DNA of 64,000 nt from an uncultured Bifidobacteriaceae bacterium (GTDB lineage Bacteria; Acidobacteriota; Vicinamibacteria; Vicinamibacterales; JAENWD01), in assembly GCA_964446605.1 (NCBI GenBank), contig CAYUPN010000004.1, positions 8,122 to 72,121 of the forward strand, written 5' to 3'. Numbering within the stretch: position 1 is the stretch's first letter; each line of letters begins with the position of its first letter. This document shows, piece by piece, positions 47,301-57,137 of this stretch. The notes under the pieces were generated by a model. It did not search any database. It worked only from the letters and a program-made list of their open reading frames with translations, and was not told the origin of the DNA. Made by a program: the position numbers and the translations under genes.

Positions 47301-47738
47301 GGCCATGCCGAAGCCCGGATCGAGCCCGGCCTCCAGCGGGAACTCGCGCAGCAGCGACAGACAGAAGGCGTCGATGGTGCTGATCGAGACCTCGTGCAGC
47401 CGCTCGCTCAGCGCCCGCCAGCGCCGCTCGTCGATCTCGCCGATGGCGGCGGCCGCGCGCAGCGTGGCGAGAATCCGCTCGCGCATCTCGGCGGCCGCCT
47501 TGCGCGTGAAGGTGATGGCGAGGACGTTCCGCGGCTCGACCCCCGCGCGCACGAGATTCACGTACCGATCGACCAGCACGCGCGTCTTGCCCGTGCCGGC
47601 CGATGCCTCCAGCACGACGTTCAGGCGCGGGTCGACCGCGGCGACGCGATCCGCGACGTCGACGGGCGCGGATACCGCGTCCTGGCGCGGCGGCGCCGGG
47701 TCATCGAACGGCAGGCGCGGCGCTCTCGGGCTCGACAT
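44340..47738 (-). CDS. addA: AddA-type UvrD-family helicase / PD-(D/E)xK nuclease
   Basis: Walker A EASAGTGKTR and UvrD motifs (FVVGDRKQSIYGFR, TIHAAKGLEF). C-terminal nuclease GVADIVAV..TVVDWKTG. ATG 47738 found by residue count; GTG 47675 is an alternative. Confidence 0.88.
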   Translation of the reverse strand: MSSPRAPRLPFDDPAPPRQDAVSAPVDVADRVAAVDPRLNVVLEASAGTGKTRVLVDRYVNLVRAGVEPRNVLAITFTRKAAAEMRERILATLRAAAAIGEIDERRWRALSERLHEVSISTIDAFCLSLLREFPLEAGLDPGFGMADETEALRLTDEALDRTLRICRAIAREDETVALVFAELGEFRLREGLRRLLDRRLVAGPVLDRAVRPTPRELTPSAMAVSTLGRFSASIESSGRGLERFLGTGPIRHPRYRLFAADLRRLLPGHVPPGIAAREIRLVVDGITEYFFTNKGGIRKRWPLYTSAHADSDAALRWHRATAAVIAERLQDDLAAFRRDLNAVLTRGVWKLFRLARDEYRRVLEEHAVVDFPDALERALALVGGMGEFARSRYLLETRFHHLLVDEFQDTSDAQWQLIWHLVQAWSEGLGTAQDAPLPPSIFVVGDRKQSIYGFRDADAGVLSRAAGQIAGLRPDGSPLRAIRQSFRAVPPLLAFTNDLCLAIDKQPDRPDAFTYEERDRFPVPTVTGIGDPALALLAAPDLAAQAEAVAAEIQRLLASESVRDRQTGVMRRAQPGDIAILFRTREGHQAFEAALERRAIPSYVYKGLGFFDADEVKDVFAILRYLANPWSDLRAAALLRSRFVRLSDDALAKLAPGIAAAVLGDAPPGVVLSEDDRRTLDLLRPAARRWIELADRIRPADLLDRVLVETAFAWEVGSPVASGDDGEADGFRRHQATENLKKVRSLVRRIQNRGYATLGRVAEYLDRLSAGDESNAAVDAVAAVNLMTIHAAKGLEFPVVFLVNLGRGAGGGRDPIRVAVPGGDDHPDTEVSVSVGEFRSAADDDASEKDREELKRLLYVAVTRARDRLYLATSLDADGRFTALRGGLGDVLPPEVGALFESAARGDGSIEWQGSTARHVFAVVPPAAGEIPEVARSGAEAVVGVDFEPLEPASAVRRRRISDEPHDGTGEAPPGTDREVNPRLLGILVHRLLEQARPGAVDPSPPDPDGVARMIDEVAPHVDADERKRLTTAAAAAVGALSAHPGARVIMGSPDRWHEVPLVLREGDTVWSGVADIVAVASGEATVVDWKTGAADPSHREQLDRYVRAVRALAPELAVRGVLLYRDEARSI

Positions 47739-50679
47739 AATCCTTCCGGCACACGCCGGCGTACGCGCACGTGGCACAGAGACTTCGCGTGCGCGGCCAG
47801 GGGGGAAACCGGCCGGCGACGATGGCGTCCGTGATGCCGACGACCTGGGCCTCGGCCTCGGCGAGCACGTCGTCGATTTCGTCGGCGCGCTTCGCCAGCG
47901 GCACCACGGGCTGCTCGCCGCGGAACACCACGTAGGCCGCTTCGGCGACCTGCCACTGCCGGCCGCGATGGCCGTCCAGCTGCTGGCGCGCGCACGTCGC
48001 GTACAGCGCGATCTGGAGCGTCGTCGCCGGACGGGACGACTTGTAGTCCACGATCCTGAACGTGCCGTCCTCGAGCAGATCGATCCGATCCGCGATGCCG
48101 CGGATGGCGATCTCCCGGTCCCCGTCCGGACCGCGAAACCGGTAGACACCGTCGACCGGATGCTCCAGCCGCCGCTCGATGACGCGCACCGGCCGCTCCG
48201 CCTCCATGCGCAGGACCACGTCGACGATGCCGGCGGCGACGGGTGAGCCCAGCAGGCGGGTCCGCTCGAGCGCGGCTTCGCTCGGCGGAAGCGTCGCCAG
48301 CCGCGTCTCGGCAACCTCGAATGCGAGCGTCCGCGCCTCGTCGAGGCGGTCGGGAGTCACGGTGCCGCCCCCGCGCGCCTCCCACGCTTCGAAGAACGCC
48401 TGGAAGAACTCGTGCTGGAAGCGGCCGCGCTCGAGCGGACTCATTCCGTCCTGCTCGGGCCGCTCCTCGGGGAGCCGCAGCACGTAACGAGCGAAGAACC
48501 GGAAGGGGCACTGCGCGTACATGTCGAGCGCGCTGACGCTGCGCGGCCGCAGCGGGACGCCGGAGGTCGTGCCATGGAACTCCGGACGGCGCGCGTCGGG
48601 GCGGCCCGCCCGGTGCGCGGCCCACTCACGCACGCCGGGCGGCAGCACGTCGAGCGGCACGGGCCGCTGCCCCAGCGCCTCATCGCGGAAGACGGGCGTG
48701 TCCGGAACGTCGATCGGCACCGGGGTCAGCGCCGCGCGCGGGATGTCGTCCACGAGGATCGAGGTCTCGACGAGCGCGTCCTCCTCGAGCGTGAACGTGG
48801 CAACCGACACGGCGCGCCGCGCCGACTGGAGCAGATCGACGAACCCGGCGCGTGCGCGCGCGAGCGGGTCGGTCTCCTCGCCCGGCCAGCCGAGCGCCTT
48901 GAGCAGCGCAGGCGAATAGAAGATGTTCCGCGCGCTCCGGCCGGGCCACTCGCCGTCGACGAGTCCCACGAGGTGCAGGATGTCGAACTCGCCGAACTGG
49001 GCGGCCGCGGCATCGAGCAGCTGCACGCCTCCCGGCTCGCCCATCTCCGGCGCGAAGGTCTGCCCTTCGATCCAGCGCCGGATTTCCGACGAGAGATCGC
49101 CCAGATCCCAGAGCAGATCGTGATGTTTCCGGTGCGCGTCGGCCACATCGGCCAGCAGCTCCAGCACCGCGCTCTGGGCGCGCAGCAGCGGCGCCCGGAT
49201 CGGATCGTCGTCCCGGATCGGCCGACGGTGGGCGATGACGAACTCGCGCAGTCTCGTCAGCTGGAGACTGGCCGGCGCCTGATCGAGCAGCGGCGCGAGG
49301 GTCCGCACGATCGCCGCCGCCGCCCGTGCGGCCCGTGCGGCGACGGAGGCGTCCCAGGCCGCGTATCTGGACCGCGATCGCCCGTCGAGCCAGTCGCGCG
49401 CCAGCTCCTCCAGCCGGCCGGCATCGCCGCCGTGGTCGGTCTCCTGCAGCGCCGCGTCCAGCGCCTGCACGTCGGCACGCGTGACGTCGGCGCCCTCGTG
49501 TGCGAACCGGAAATGCGGCGACGCGAGCAGAGCGACCAGCGCCGTGCGGCTGAAACGGGCGCTTGCGCACGTGAGCACGAGATCGAGAGCCGCCGCAAAC
49601 GGCTCGGCGGCCAGGGGCAGGGCGTCGCGCGCATGGAGCGGCACACCGCCGGAGGCAAAGACCGACCCGGCCAGGTACACGTACGGCAGCGGCCGCTCGA
49701 ACACCACACCGACGCGCGACAGCGGCGCGGCAAGCTCCTTATCGAACCGCGACGCCCGGATGCGCCGTACGAGATCGCGGAGCTCCTCCTCCCGATCGCG
49801 GCTGCGGAAGACCAGCCCGCCGCTGCCGGCGGGGACCATCAGGCGCGGCGCCTCGAAGACATCCGGGGGTGCAACGTGCACGACCTCCAGACCGGGCAGC
49901 ACCTCGTGCAACCGCTCGTACAGTCCCGCCGCGAGCTGCGCCTCGGTGGCGACCAGCTCGACGGCCTCCAGGCCCGGCAGCAGTGAGAGCAGATCGAAGT
50001 CGGCGCTCCAGAGTCCGTCCGGATCGCGCGGCGCATCGTGCACGGCGACGATCAGCCGCGCATACGGGCGCGCCAGGCCCTGTTCCAGCAGCCAGTCGCG
50101 CAGCCCGTGTTCGTCGACGGCGCCGGTGCGCGCCAGGCCGGCCTCGTACCCGCGGAACGTCGCCGCGAGAAACCGGCTCTGCCGCAGCATGCGCTCCGCC
50201 CCGACGTCGTCGTCCGACTCGGCCTCGGCCTCGAGCCGCTCGACGACCAGCCGCTCGAAATGGTCGAGGGTCTGTCGCTGCCGCCGGATCGCGTCGTAGA
50301 GCGAGACGATCTCGCCGACGAGCCCCGCCCTGAGCTGGAACGGTGGCGTGGCCCCTTCGGTGATGGCGGCGTGCGCGGCGGCCTTCATCAGCACGTCGCG
50401 CTCGCAGGCGCCGAGCCGCCGCGGCGGGCTCTCGGCCCGCTCGTAGAGGCGATCGTAGAGATCGCGCCGGGCCAGCAGGTCGGGCAGCACCGCGGCTTCG
50501 CCAGGCTCGAGCTGCTGCTCGATGGTTCGCTGGAGCTGCAGCGCGGCGGATCGGGTGGGAACCAGGACCGCCGTCGCGCGCGCCGCGGGGAGATCGCGAA
50601 GCGGCATCAGCGCGAGCAGGGTCTGCCTGAGCGCGGCCAGCGTCGGCGCGCGGTGCAGGCGAATGGTCCGGGGCGTCAC
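47701..50679 (-). CDS. addB: AddB-type nuclease subunit with an Fe-S cluster cysteine set
   Basis: C-terminal CPFRFF ... RIDLLEDGTFRIVDYKS ... CATCAYAGVC. GTG 50679 overlaps the upstream stop (GTGA). I saw no P-loop in the N-terminal region. Confidence 0.82.
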   Translation of the reverse strand: MTPRTIRLHRAPTLAALRQTLLALMPLRDLPAARATAVLVPTRSAALQLQRTIEQQLEPGEAAVLPDLLARRDLYDRLYERAESPPRRLGACERDVLMKAAAHAAITEGATPPFQLRAGLVGEIVSLYDAIRRQRQTLDHFERLVVERLEAEAESDDDVGAERMLRQSRFLAATFRGYEAGLARTGAVDEHGLRDWLLEQGLARPYARLIVAVHDAPRDPDGLWSADFDLLSLLPGLEAVELVATEAQLAAGLYERLHEVLPGLEVVHVAPPDVFEAPRLMVPAGSGGLVFRSRDREEELRDLVRRIRASRFDKELAAPLSRVGVVFERPLPYVYLAGSVFASGGVPLHARDALPLAAEPFAAALDLVLTCASARFSRTALVALLASPHFRFAHEGADVTRADVQALDAALQETDHGGDAGRLEELARDWLDGRSRSRYAAWDASVAARAARAAAAIVRTLAPLLDQAPASLQLTRLREFVIAHRRPIRDDDPIRAPLLRAQSAVLELLADVADAHRKHHDLLWDLGDLSSEIRRWIEGQTFAPEMGEPGGVQLLDAAAAQFGEFDILHLVGLVDGEWPGRSARNIFYSPALLKALGWPGEETDPLARARAGFVDLLQSARRAVSVATFTLEEDALVETSILVDDIPRAALTPVPIDVPDTPVFRDEALGQRPVPLDVLPPGVREWAAHRAGRPDARRPEFHGTTSGVPLRPRSVSALDMYAQCPFRFFARYVLRLPEERPEQDGMSPLERGRFQHEFFQAFFEAWEARGGGTVTPDRLDEARTLAFEVAETRLATLPPSEAALERTRLLGSPVAAGIVDVVLRMEAERPVRVIERRLEHPVDGVYRFRGPDGDREIAIRGIADRIDLLEDGTFRIVDYKSSRPATTLQIALYATCARQQLDGHRGRQWQVAEAAYVVFRGEQPVVPLAKRADEIDDVLAEAEAQVVGITDAIVAGRFPPWPRTRSLCATCAYAGVCRKDYVEPESAAPAVR

Positions 50680-52064
50680 AGGGAGGGCGGCGCCAGCGCC
50701 TGCGCGAGCTCCTCGCGGGCGCGCGCGATCAGCATGAGCGCGCCGGCCGCCGCCGAGGATGCCTGCCACGCCCGGTCCATCGCGCCGCGTGCGACGGCGT
50801 CGCGACGGCCGTCCACGGCCTGTCCGGCAAGCTGTGCCGCGCTGACCAGCAGCGCGTGAATGGAGGCGACATCGGGAGGAGGCACGACGGCATGCAGGGC
50901 GCGCATCGCCTCGGCCGCGCGCCGCGCGAGCCGGTCGAGAACGGGGGCGGCCGGCCCTGCGAGCCGCTTGATGTCGTCCAGCCCTCCCGACATGAGCTGC
51001 AGCTCCTCCATCGGCCCGCGCACGCGGCGCTGGTACGCGACGACGACCGTCCGGCGCAGGGCCCACTGGTCGCGCGCGAGCCGCAGCCGCCGGGCCGCGT
51101 CGAGCTCCTCCTGGATGGCGGCGATGATTGCCGCGGCCTGGCGCGGCCGTCGCCGTCCGAGCGCCGCATCGCGCTCGCGGACGTCATCGAGCACGCGCTC
51201 GACACCGCGGACGTCCGCACGCTCCGCGCGGGCGCGCGCCCGGCTCGTCGCCGCGGCGGCCAGACCGGCATAGGCCCGATCCGTCGAGCGCTCCTCGTCA
51301 ATCCGCGCCGCGATCGCCGGCGCGAGCCGCGCGTGCAGCTCCGGCGTCACTGCCGACGTCCCGTTCGACAGCACGCGCTGTACGGCGTCGAGCAGCGTCA
51401 GGCGCTCCGTGGCGTCCGCCGCGAGCTCGGCGACCCGGAACGCAGCCGCCACCGACTCGTCCGCCGTGGGCGCGGGCAGCAGCGGCACCGCCGGCGGCGG
51501 TCCCGTCTGCGCCGCGAACGCCAGATCGAACGACTGCGCCCCGGCGGCCGCGCGCAGATCCGAGATCGCCTCGTCCACCAGCAGCAGGATCTGCTGCACG
51601 TCGCCGGCGCGATAGTTGTGATGCAGGGCGGGCCAGCGCGCGAGCCGCTGCCTGGCATCGAGCGCGATCGCGAGGCGGCGGGCATTGTCCTCCGTGAACG
51701 CGATCTCGTTCAGCAGGCCCGCGATTTCGACGCTCAGCTCGGTGAAATCCCGCTCGCCGCGCGTGCGCGCGTACCGCTCGGCGCGCAGCGCCGCGGCGTA
51801 CTCCTCCGTACGCGTCCAGTTCACGACCTCGTCCGGCAGCGACACGAGCGTGGTCTCGCTGCCGAGCGGCATCGAGCACACGACACGTCCCTCCACGCGG
51901 ACGTACTCCGCCTGGCAGGCGACCGCGGTGCCGTCGTGCAGGAACAGCCGGAAGAGTTGCGCGTTGGGGTCGTCCGCGGCGTACACCGGCGGGCACAGCA
52001 CGCCGGCGCAGCACGCCGCAGCCAGCACCGCGCGCCACGGAATCGCGGCGGATGTTGCGGGCAC
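50676..52064 (-). CDS. hypothetical exported Ala/Arg-rich helical protein (462 aa)
   Basis: Signal peptide ending VYA|ADD. A small beta-looking N-terminal domain, then long helical regions. GAGG lies before GTG 52064. Confidence 0.65.
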   Translation of the reverse strand: MPATSAAIPWRAVLAAACCAGVLCPPVYAADDPNAQLFRLFLHDGTAVACQAEYVRVEGRVVCSMPLGSETTLVSLPDEVVNWTRTEEYAAALRAERYARTRGERDFTELSVEIAGLLNEIAFTEDNARRLAIALDARQRLARWPALHHNYRAGDVQQILLLVDEAISDLRAAAGAQSFDLAFAAQTGPPPAVPLLPAPTADESVAAAFRVAELAADATERLTLLDAVQRVLSNGTSAVTPELHARLAPAIAARIDEERSTDRAYAGLAAAATSRARARAERADVRGVERVLDDVRERDAALGRRRPRQAAAIIAAIQEELDAARRLRLARDQWALRRTVVVAYQRRVRGPMEELQLMSGGLDDIKRLAGPAAPVLDRLARRAAEAMRALHAVVPPPDVASIHALLVSAAQLAGQAVDGRRDAVARGAMDRAWQASSAAAGALMLIARAREELAQALAPPSL

Positions 52065-52350
52065 GTTACCTCAGCAGCCTAGTGGCACGTCGGGCAGCGG
52101 TCAAGAACCGATCGCCTTCCCGTTGGCTCCAATCACCCCCGCCCGCGGGACGTCCAGGGCCGCGCGCCACGAGCGGGGCACCATGTGGGGCCTGCCTGCC
52201 GACGGCGCGCGATCGCCCCCTGTGGAAAACGTGTGGATGCCAGGTGGATTGGCTGTGGAGTACGTGTCGGCCACGAAAAAAGATCGCCGCAAGTACCGAA
52301 CGTTCGAGAGGATCGATGCGAGCGTCTCCCGTCTTCGCGTCTCCCTTCGC

Positions 52351-52378
52351 TTGATCCCCCCGGGGTGGTGCCTAGAAT
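52351..52378 (+). promoter_or_regulatory. sigma70-like promoter TTGATC-16 nt-TAGAAT
   Basis: Lies in a visibly lower-GC ~350-nt intergenic region, upstream of the small ORF and asparaginase. Confidence 0.45.
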
Positions 52379-52416
52379 GGCAATGCTTTGCTCCACACGA
52401 GAGGCGCTGTCACGTC

Positions 52417-52653
52417 GTGTCATCCCGCAAACTCCCCAGCGTGCACCGGTACGAGGAAACCATCAATGGACGGCTCTATCGCATCGAGGTCGCCGCTGTG
52501 GCGCGCGACCGGTGGCGGGCCAATCTCCTGCGGGCGCCGGGCGTCCCCGGCGCACTGATGCCCTTCTACGGGCCGACGCCGGACGATGCGGCGCGGCAGT
52601 TGAGCCGGTGGCTCGCGCTGGCGCATTCCAAGGCGGGGCGCAGCCAGGCGTAA
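52417..52653 (+). CDS. hypothetical small protein (78 aa)
   Basis: High-GC3 frame, GTG start with GAGAGG upstream. Ends 9 nt before the asparaginase GTG. Confidence 0.35.
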   Translation: MSSRKLPSVHRYEETINGRLYRIEVAAVARDRWRANLLRAPGVPGALMPFYGPTPDDAARQLSRWLALAHSKAGRSQA

Positions 52654-52662
52654 GATCGCCGC

Positions 52663-53688
52663 GTGCGCCAGAAGGTCATCGCCTGGAGCGCCGGCACGGC
52701 CGCCTGCCTGGCCGCGCTCTGCACGTTCGTCGTCGAAGCCAGCCTTCCGCGCGTCCGGCTCATCGCCACCGGCGGCACGATTGCCAATCACGCCGCCGGC
52801 AGGCTCGACGCGGAGGCGCTCGTCAGGACGACGCCGGGCATCCGGTCGCACGCGGAGGTCGACACCGAGACCTTCGCGAGCACGGCCAGCCTCGGGCTGA
52901 CCCTCGACGACTGGATCCGGCTCGGACGGCGGGTGGCGGCGGCCTTCGACGATCCCCGGCTGTCCGCCGTCGTCGTCACCACTGGCACCGACACGCTCGA
53001 GGAACTGGCCTGGTTCCTCGACCTCACCACGCCGGACGAGCGCCCGGTCGTCGTGACCGGCGCGATTCGGCGCCCGTCGGAGCCTGACGCCGACGGTCCG
53101 GGCAACCTGCGCGACGCGATGGCCGTTGCCGCGAGTCCCGGCGCGCGCGGGCGGGGAACGCTCGTCGTCATGCACGGCCTGGTCCTGTCGGCGCGGCGCG
53201 CGCGGAAGGCGCACGTGACCGTACCCGGCGCGTTCGACGCGCCCGGCGAAGGACCGGTGGCGGCCATCGAGGGCGGCGTGGTCAGCTTCGCGACGCGGGG
53301 CACACCGCGCGCACCTGTTCCCTTCGACGTCAGGCGGCTCGGCCAGCTCCCGCGCGTCGACATCCTGCTCACCTACCAGGACGCGCCCGGCGATCTGATC
53401 GCGTCGGCGGTCCGGGCCGGCGCCCGGGGACTCGTGCTGGCCTCGGCAGGCCGCGGATCGCTGACGCCCGCCCAGATGGATGCCGTCGCGGCGGCCCAGC
53501 GGCGCGGAGTCGTTGCCGTCGCGTCGTCGCGCATGCCGGCCGCGGCGCTCACCGAGGTCGACGTGGCAGGGATCGTTCCCTCGGGCGTGCTCGCGCCCGT
53601 GAAGGCACGCGTGCTGCTGATGCTGGCGCTGTCGCAGGGATTGAGCCGCGACGAGATCGCGGCGCTGTTCGCGCGCTACGGGGCGTGA
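52663..53688 (+). CDS. L-asparaginase (type II-like, with N-terminal signal/anchor)
   Basis: LIATGGTIA and VVTTGTDTLEE motifs. Confidence 0.85.
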   Translation: MRQKVIAWSAGTAACLAALCTFVVEASLPRVRLIATGGTIANHAAGRLDAEALVRTTPGIRSHAEVDTETFASTASLGLTLDDWIRLGRRVAAAFDDPRLSAVVVTTGTDTLEELAWFLDLTTPDERPVVVTGAIRRPSEPDADGPGNLRDAMAVAASPGARGRGTLVVMHGLVLSARRARKAHVTVPGAFDAPGEGPVAAIEGGVVSFATRGTPRAPVPFDVRRLGQLPRVDILLTYQDAPGDLIASAVRAGARGLVLASAGRGSLTPAQMDAVAAAQRRGVVAVASSRMPAAALTEVDVAGIVPSGVLAPVKARVLLMLALSQGLSRDEIAALFARYGA

Positions 53689-53719
53689 CGCACGGAGGGG
53701 CGTCCGGATGACGGGACGG

Positions 53720-54340
53720 TCAGCGCCGGGCGGGATCGAGCAGCCGCCACGCGGCCGGCATCACCGCGCCGGCGACGCACACCTTGAACAGGTCCGCGAC
53801 GACGAAGGGGTAGAAACCGGCGGCGAGCGCCGCCTGAAGGGACCGGGCGTCGCTGCCGGGCGCGAACAGGGTGAGCCACGCCACGCCGCCGGCGAACACG
53901 ATCGCGAGCCCGGCCGCCATGGCCAGCACCGACGTGACGTACCGGCGATCGAATCCACGGCGCGCCAGCCAGCCCGTCGTGAAGGCCGCGAGCGGATAGC
54001 TCATGAGATAGCCGCCGGTCGGTCCGAGCAGCCGCGCAACCCCCTGCGGCAGATCGGGCGCGAAGGCGAAGACCGGCAGCCCCGCCGCGCCGGCCGTGAG
54101 ATACAGCACCTGGCTGAGCAGCCCGAGCTCGGGGCCGAGCACCGCCGCACCCAGGAGCACGACCATCGGCTGCAGCGTGAACGGCACCGGGGTGAACGGC
54201 AGCGGCACGCTCACCTGCGAGGACGCGGCGGTGAGCAGGGCGACGAAGAGCGTGGCCCCGATGCGGATCGGCAGCGCGGATCCCGCGGCGCCGGCGAGCG
54301 CGCGGTCCATCATCGTCGCGGTACGGGACACGGCGGGCAT
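53720..54340 (-). CDS. bioY: biotin transporter BioY
   Basis: 206 aa, six TM helices. VPFTLQ and GPTGGYL motifs. Start found by residue count. Confidence 0.85.
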   Translation of the reverse strand: MPAVSRTATMMDRALAGAAGSALPIRIGATLFVALLTAASSQVSVPLPFTPVPFTLQPMVVLLGAAVLGPELGLLSQVLYLTAGAAGLPVFAFAPDLPQGVARLLGPTGGYLMSYPLAAFTTGWLARRGFDRRYVTSVLAMAAGLAIVFAGGVAWLTLFAPGSDARSLQAALAAGFYPFVVADLFKVCVAGAVMPAAWRLLDPARR

Positions 54341-54347
54341 AACGGGG

Positions 54348-54357
54348 CAGAATTCTA
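54348..54357. promoter_or_regulatory. palindromic back-to-back -10 elements (CAGAAT on +, TAGAAT on -) in the 21-nt bioY/thiD gap
   Basis: The sequence GCAGAATTCTAGC contains the AGAATTCT palindrome. It lies 8 nt from the thiD ATG and 11 nt from the bioY ATG. Confidence 0.35.
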
Positions 54358-54361
54358 GCGT

Positions 54362-55150
54362 ATGCCCACAGCCCTGACAATCGCCGGCAGTGACTCCGGA
54401 GGCGGCGCCGGCATCCAGGCCGACCTCAAGACCTTCGCCGCACTCGGCGTGTACGGCACGTCCGCGATCACCGCGCTCACCGCCCAGAACACCCGCCGCG
54501 TGACGGCCGTGCACGATATCGAGCCCGGGTTCGTCGGCGAGCAGATCGAGGCGGTCGCGTCCGACATCGCGATCGAGGCCGTCAAGACCGGGATGCTCGC
54601 CAACGCGCTGGTCGTCCAGGCGGTCGTCGACGCCCTGACCCGGCTGAACCTGCCCCGTCCCGTCGTGGACCCCGTGATGATCGCCAAGAGCGGCGACGAG
54701 CTGCTCACATCGGATGCGGTCGACGCCGTCAGGCGGCGGCTCCTCCCTCTCGCCGCGGTGGTCACGCCGAACCGGATGGAGGCCGAGGTGCTGACCGGCC
54801 GTCCGGTCCGGACGCGGGCCGAAGCGCGCGAGGCGGCACGCGCGCTGGTCGATCTCGGCGCGGGCGCCGCCGTGGTGAAGGGCGGGCACTTCGACGAGCC
54901 CGAGGTGGTCGATCTGCTGTTCGACGGCCGCGATTACTCCGAGTTCCGCCACCCGCGCCAGGACACCCGGCACACCCACGGCACCGGATGCACGTTCGCG
55001 GCGGCAATTGCGGCCCATCTCGCGCTCGGCCGCCCGCTCGCCGAGGCGGTGGCGCGCAGCGTCGAGTACGTCGCGGGCGCCATCCGCCACGGACTGCCCA
55101 TCGGCCACGGACACGGCCCCGTGGACCACTTCTGGTCGCACCGCGGCTGA
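54362..55150 (+). CDS. thiD: hydroxymethylpyrimidine/phosphomethylpyrimidine kinase
   Basis: [20 protein letters not shown] and GTGCTF motifs. Confidence 0.92.
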   Translation: MPTALTIAGSDSGGGAGIQADLKTFAALGVYGTSAITALTAQNTRRVTAVHDIEPGFVGEQIEAVASDIAIEAVKTGMLANALVVQAVVDALTRLNLPRPVVDPVMIAKSGDELLTSDAVDAVRRRLLPLAAVVTPNRMEAEVLTGRPVRTRAEAREAARALVDLGAGAAVVKGGHFDEPEVVDLLFDGRDYSEFRHPRQDTRHTHGTGCTFAAAIAAHLALGRPLAEAVARSVEYVAGAIRHGLPIGHGHGPVDHFWSHRG

Positions 55151-55203
55151 GCGGGAACGCCCCGGCGACACGGCGGCGGGCCTCATCCCCGTATACTTGG
55201 CCC

Positions 55204-55686
55204 ATGCGGGTGGCGCCGTTCGCAATCGTCAGCGGGCCGCTGTCGCTGGATGCGCTGCATGCAGCGGTTGCGACGCTGGTCGACACGCCGGGCGCGATCG
55301 TCCACTTCCTGGGCGTCGTGCGGGGCCGGAATCTGGGCCGGGCGGTACGGTTCCTGGAGTACGAGGCGTACGAACCGCTCGCGGTGAAGGCGTTCGCGCG
55401 CATCGAGAACGAGGCGCGCGAGCTGTGGGCCGACGCCAGGCTCGGCATCCATCACCGCGTCGGGCGCGTCGCGGTCGGGGAGGCGAGCATCGCCATCGTC
55501 GCCGCTTCACCCCACCGCGCCGACGCGTACGCCGCCTCGCGTTACGCCATCGAACGGGTGAAGCAGATCGCGCCAATCTGGAAGCACGAGCACTTCGAGG
55601 GGGGCGAGGTCTGGATCGAAGGGGCGTCCGCGCGGCCGGAAGACGAGGACGCGCGCGCCGAAGCACGGAGGCGGGCATGCGCGTGA
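55204..55686 (+). CDS. moaE: molybdopterin synthase catalytic subunit
   Basis: 160 aa with [13 protein letters not shown]. Confidence 0.88.
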   Translation: MRVAPFAIVSGPLSLDALHAAVATLVDTPGAIVHFLGVVRGRNLGRAVRFLEYEAYEPLAVKAFARIENEARELWADARLGIHHRVGRVAVGEASIAIVAASPHRADAYAASRYAIERVKQIAPIWKHEHFEGGEVWIEGASARPEDEDARAEARRRACA

Positions 55687-55922
55687 CGGTGCGATTGTTC
55701 GCGCGGCTGCGGGAAATCGCCGGCGCGGCGGAGCTGGAGCGCGACGTGCCGGCGGATGCCACGCTGGCCGGCGTCTGGGAGCAGCTTGCGGCCGAATTCC
55801 CGGCCATGGCCCCCTATCGGGCGTCGATCTCCGCGGCCGTCAACGCCGACTACGCGCGGATGTCGGCGCGCGTGTCGGACGGCGACGAGGTCGCGTTCCT
55901 GCCGCCTGTCTCGGGAGGCTAG
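55677..55922 (+). CDS. moaD: molybdopterin synthase sulfur-carrier subunit
   Basis: 81 aa ending ...FLPPVSGG. Overlaps moaE by 10 nt. Confidence 0.85.
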   Translation: MRVTVRLFARLREIAGAAELERDVPADATLAGVWEQLAAEFPAMAPYRASISAAVNADYARMSARVSDGDEVAFLPPVSGG

Positions 55923-55994
55923 CTCCCCGCCAGAGGGCCGGCACACCGATCCGCATCACACGTCCCGCGTCCGCCCGCAGCGCGACGCCGCTGC

Positions 55995-56000
55995 TACGAT
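55995..56000 (+). promoter_or_regulatory. TACGAT -10-like box 8 nt upstream of the prfA ATG (leaderless-type)
   Basis: No Shine-Dalgarno fits between the box and ATG 56009. Confidence 0.3.
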
Positions 56001-56008
56001 ATCCGCTG

Positions 56009-57103
<1,095 letters not shown>

Positions 57104-57137
57104 CCGCCCACGACGCCCGATCGGCGGGCGCTCACCG

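Noticed and set aside
54341-54361. A TPP riboswitch upstream of thiD. Similarly, a Moco riboswitch upstream of moaE (55151-55203) and a yybP-ykoY Mn riboswitch upstream of the VIT1 gene (15439-15513).
   Set aside because: The available non-coding spaces are only 21, 53 and 75 nt. That is too short for these aptamers, and I saw none of their conserved cores.
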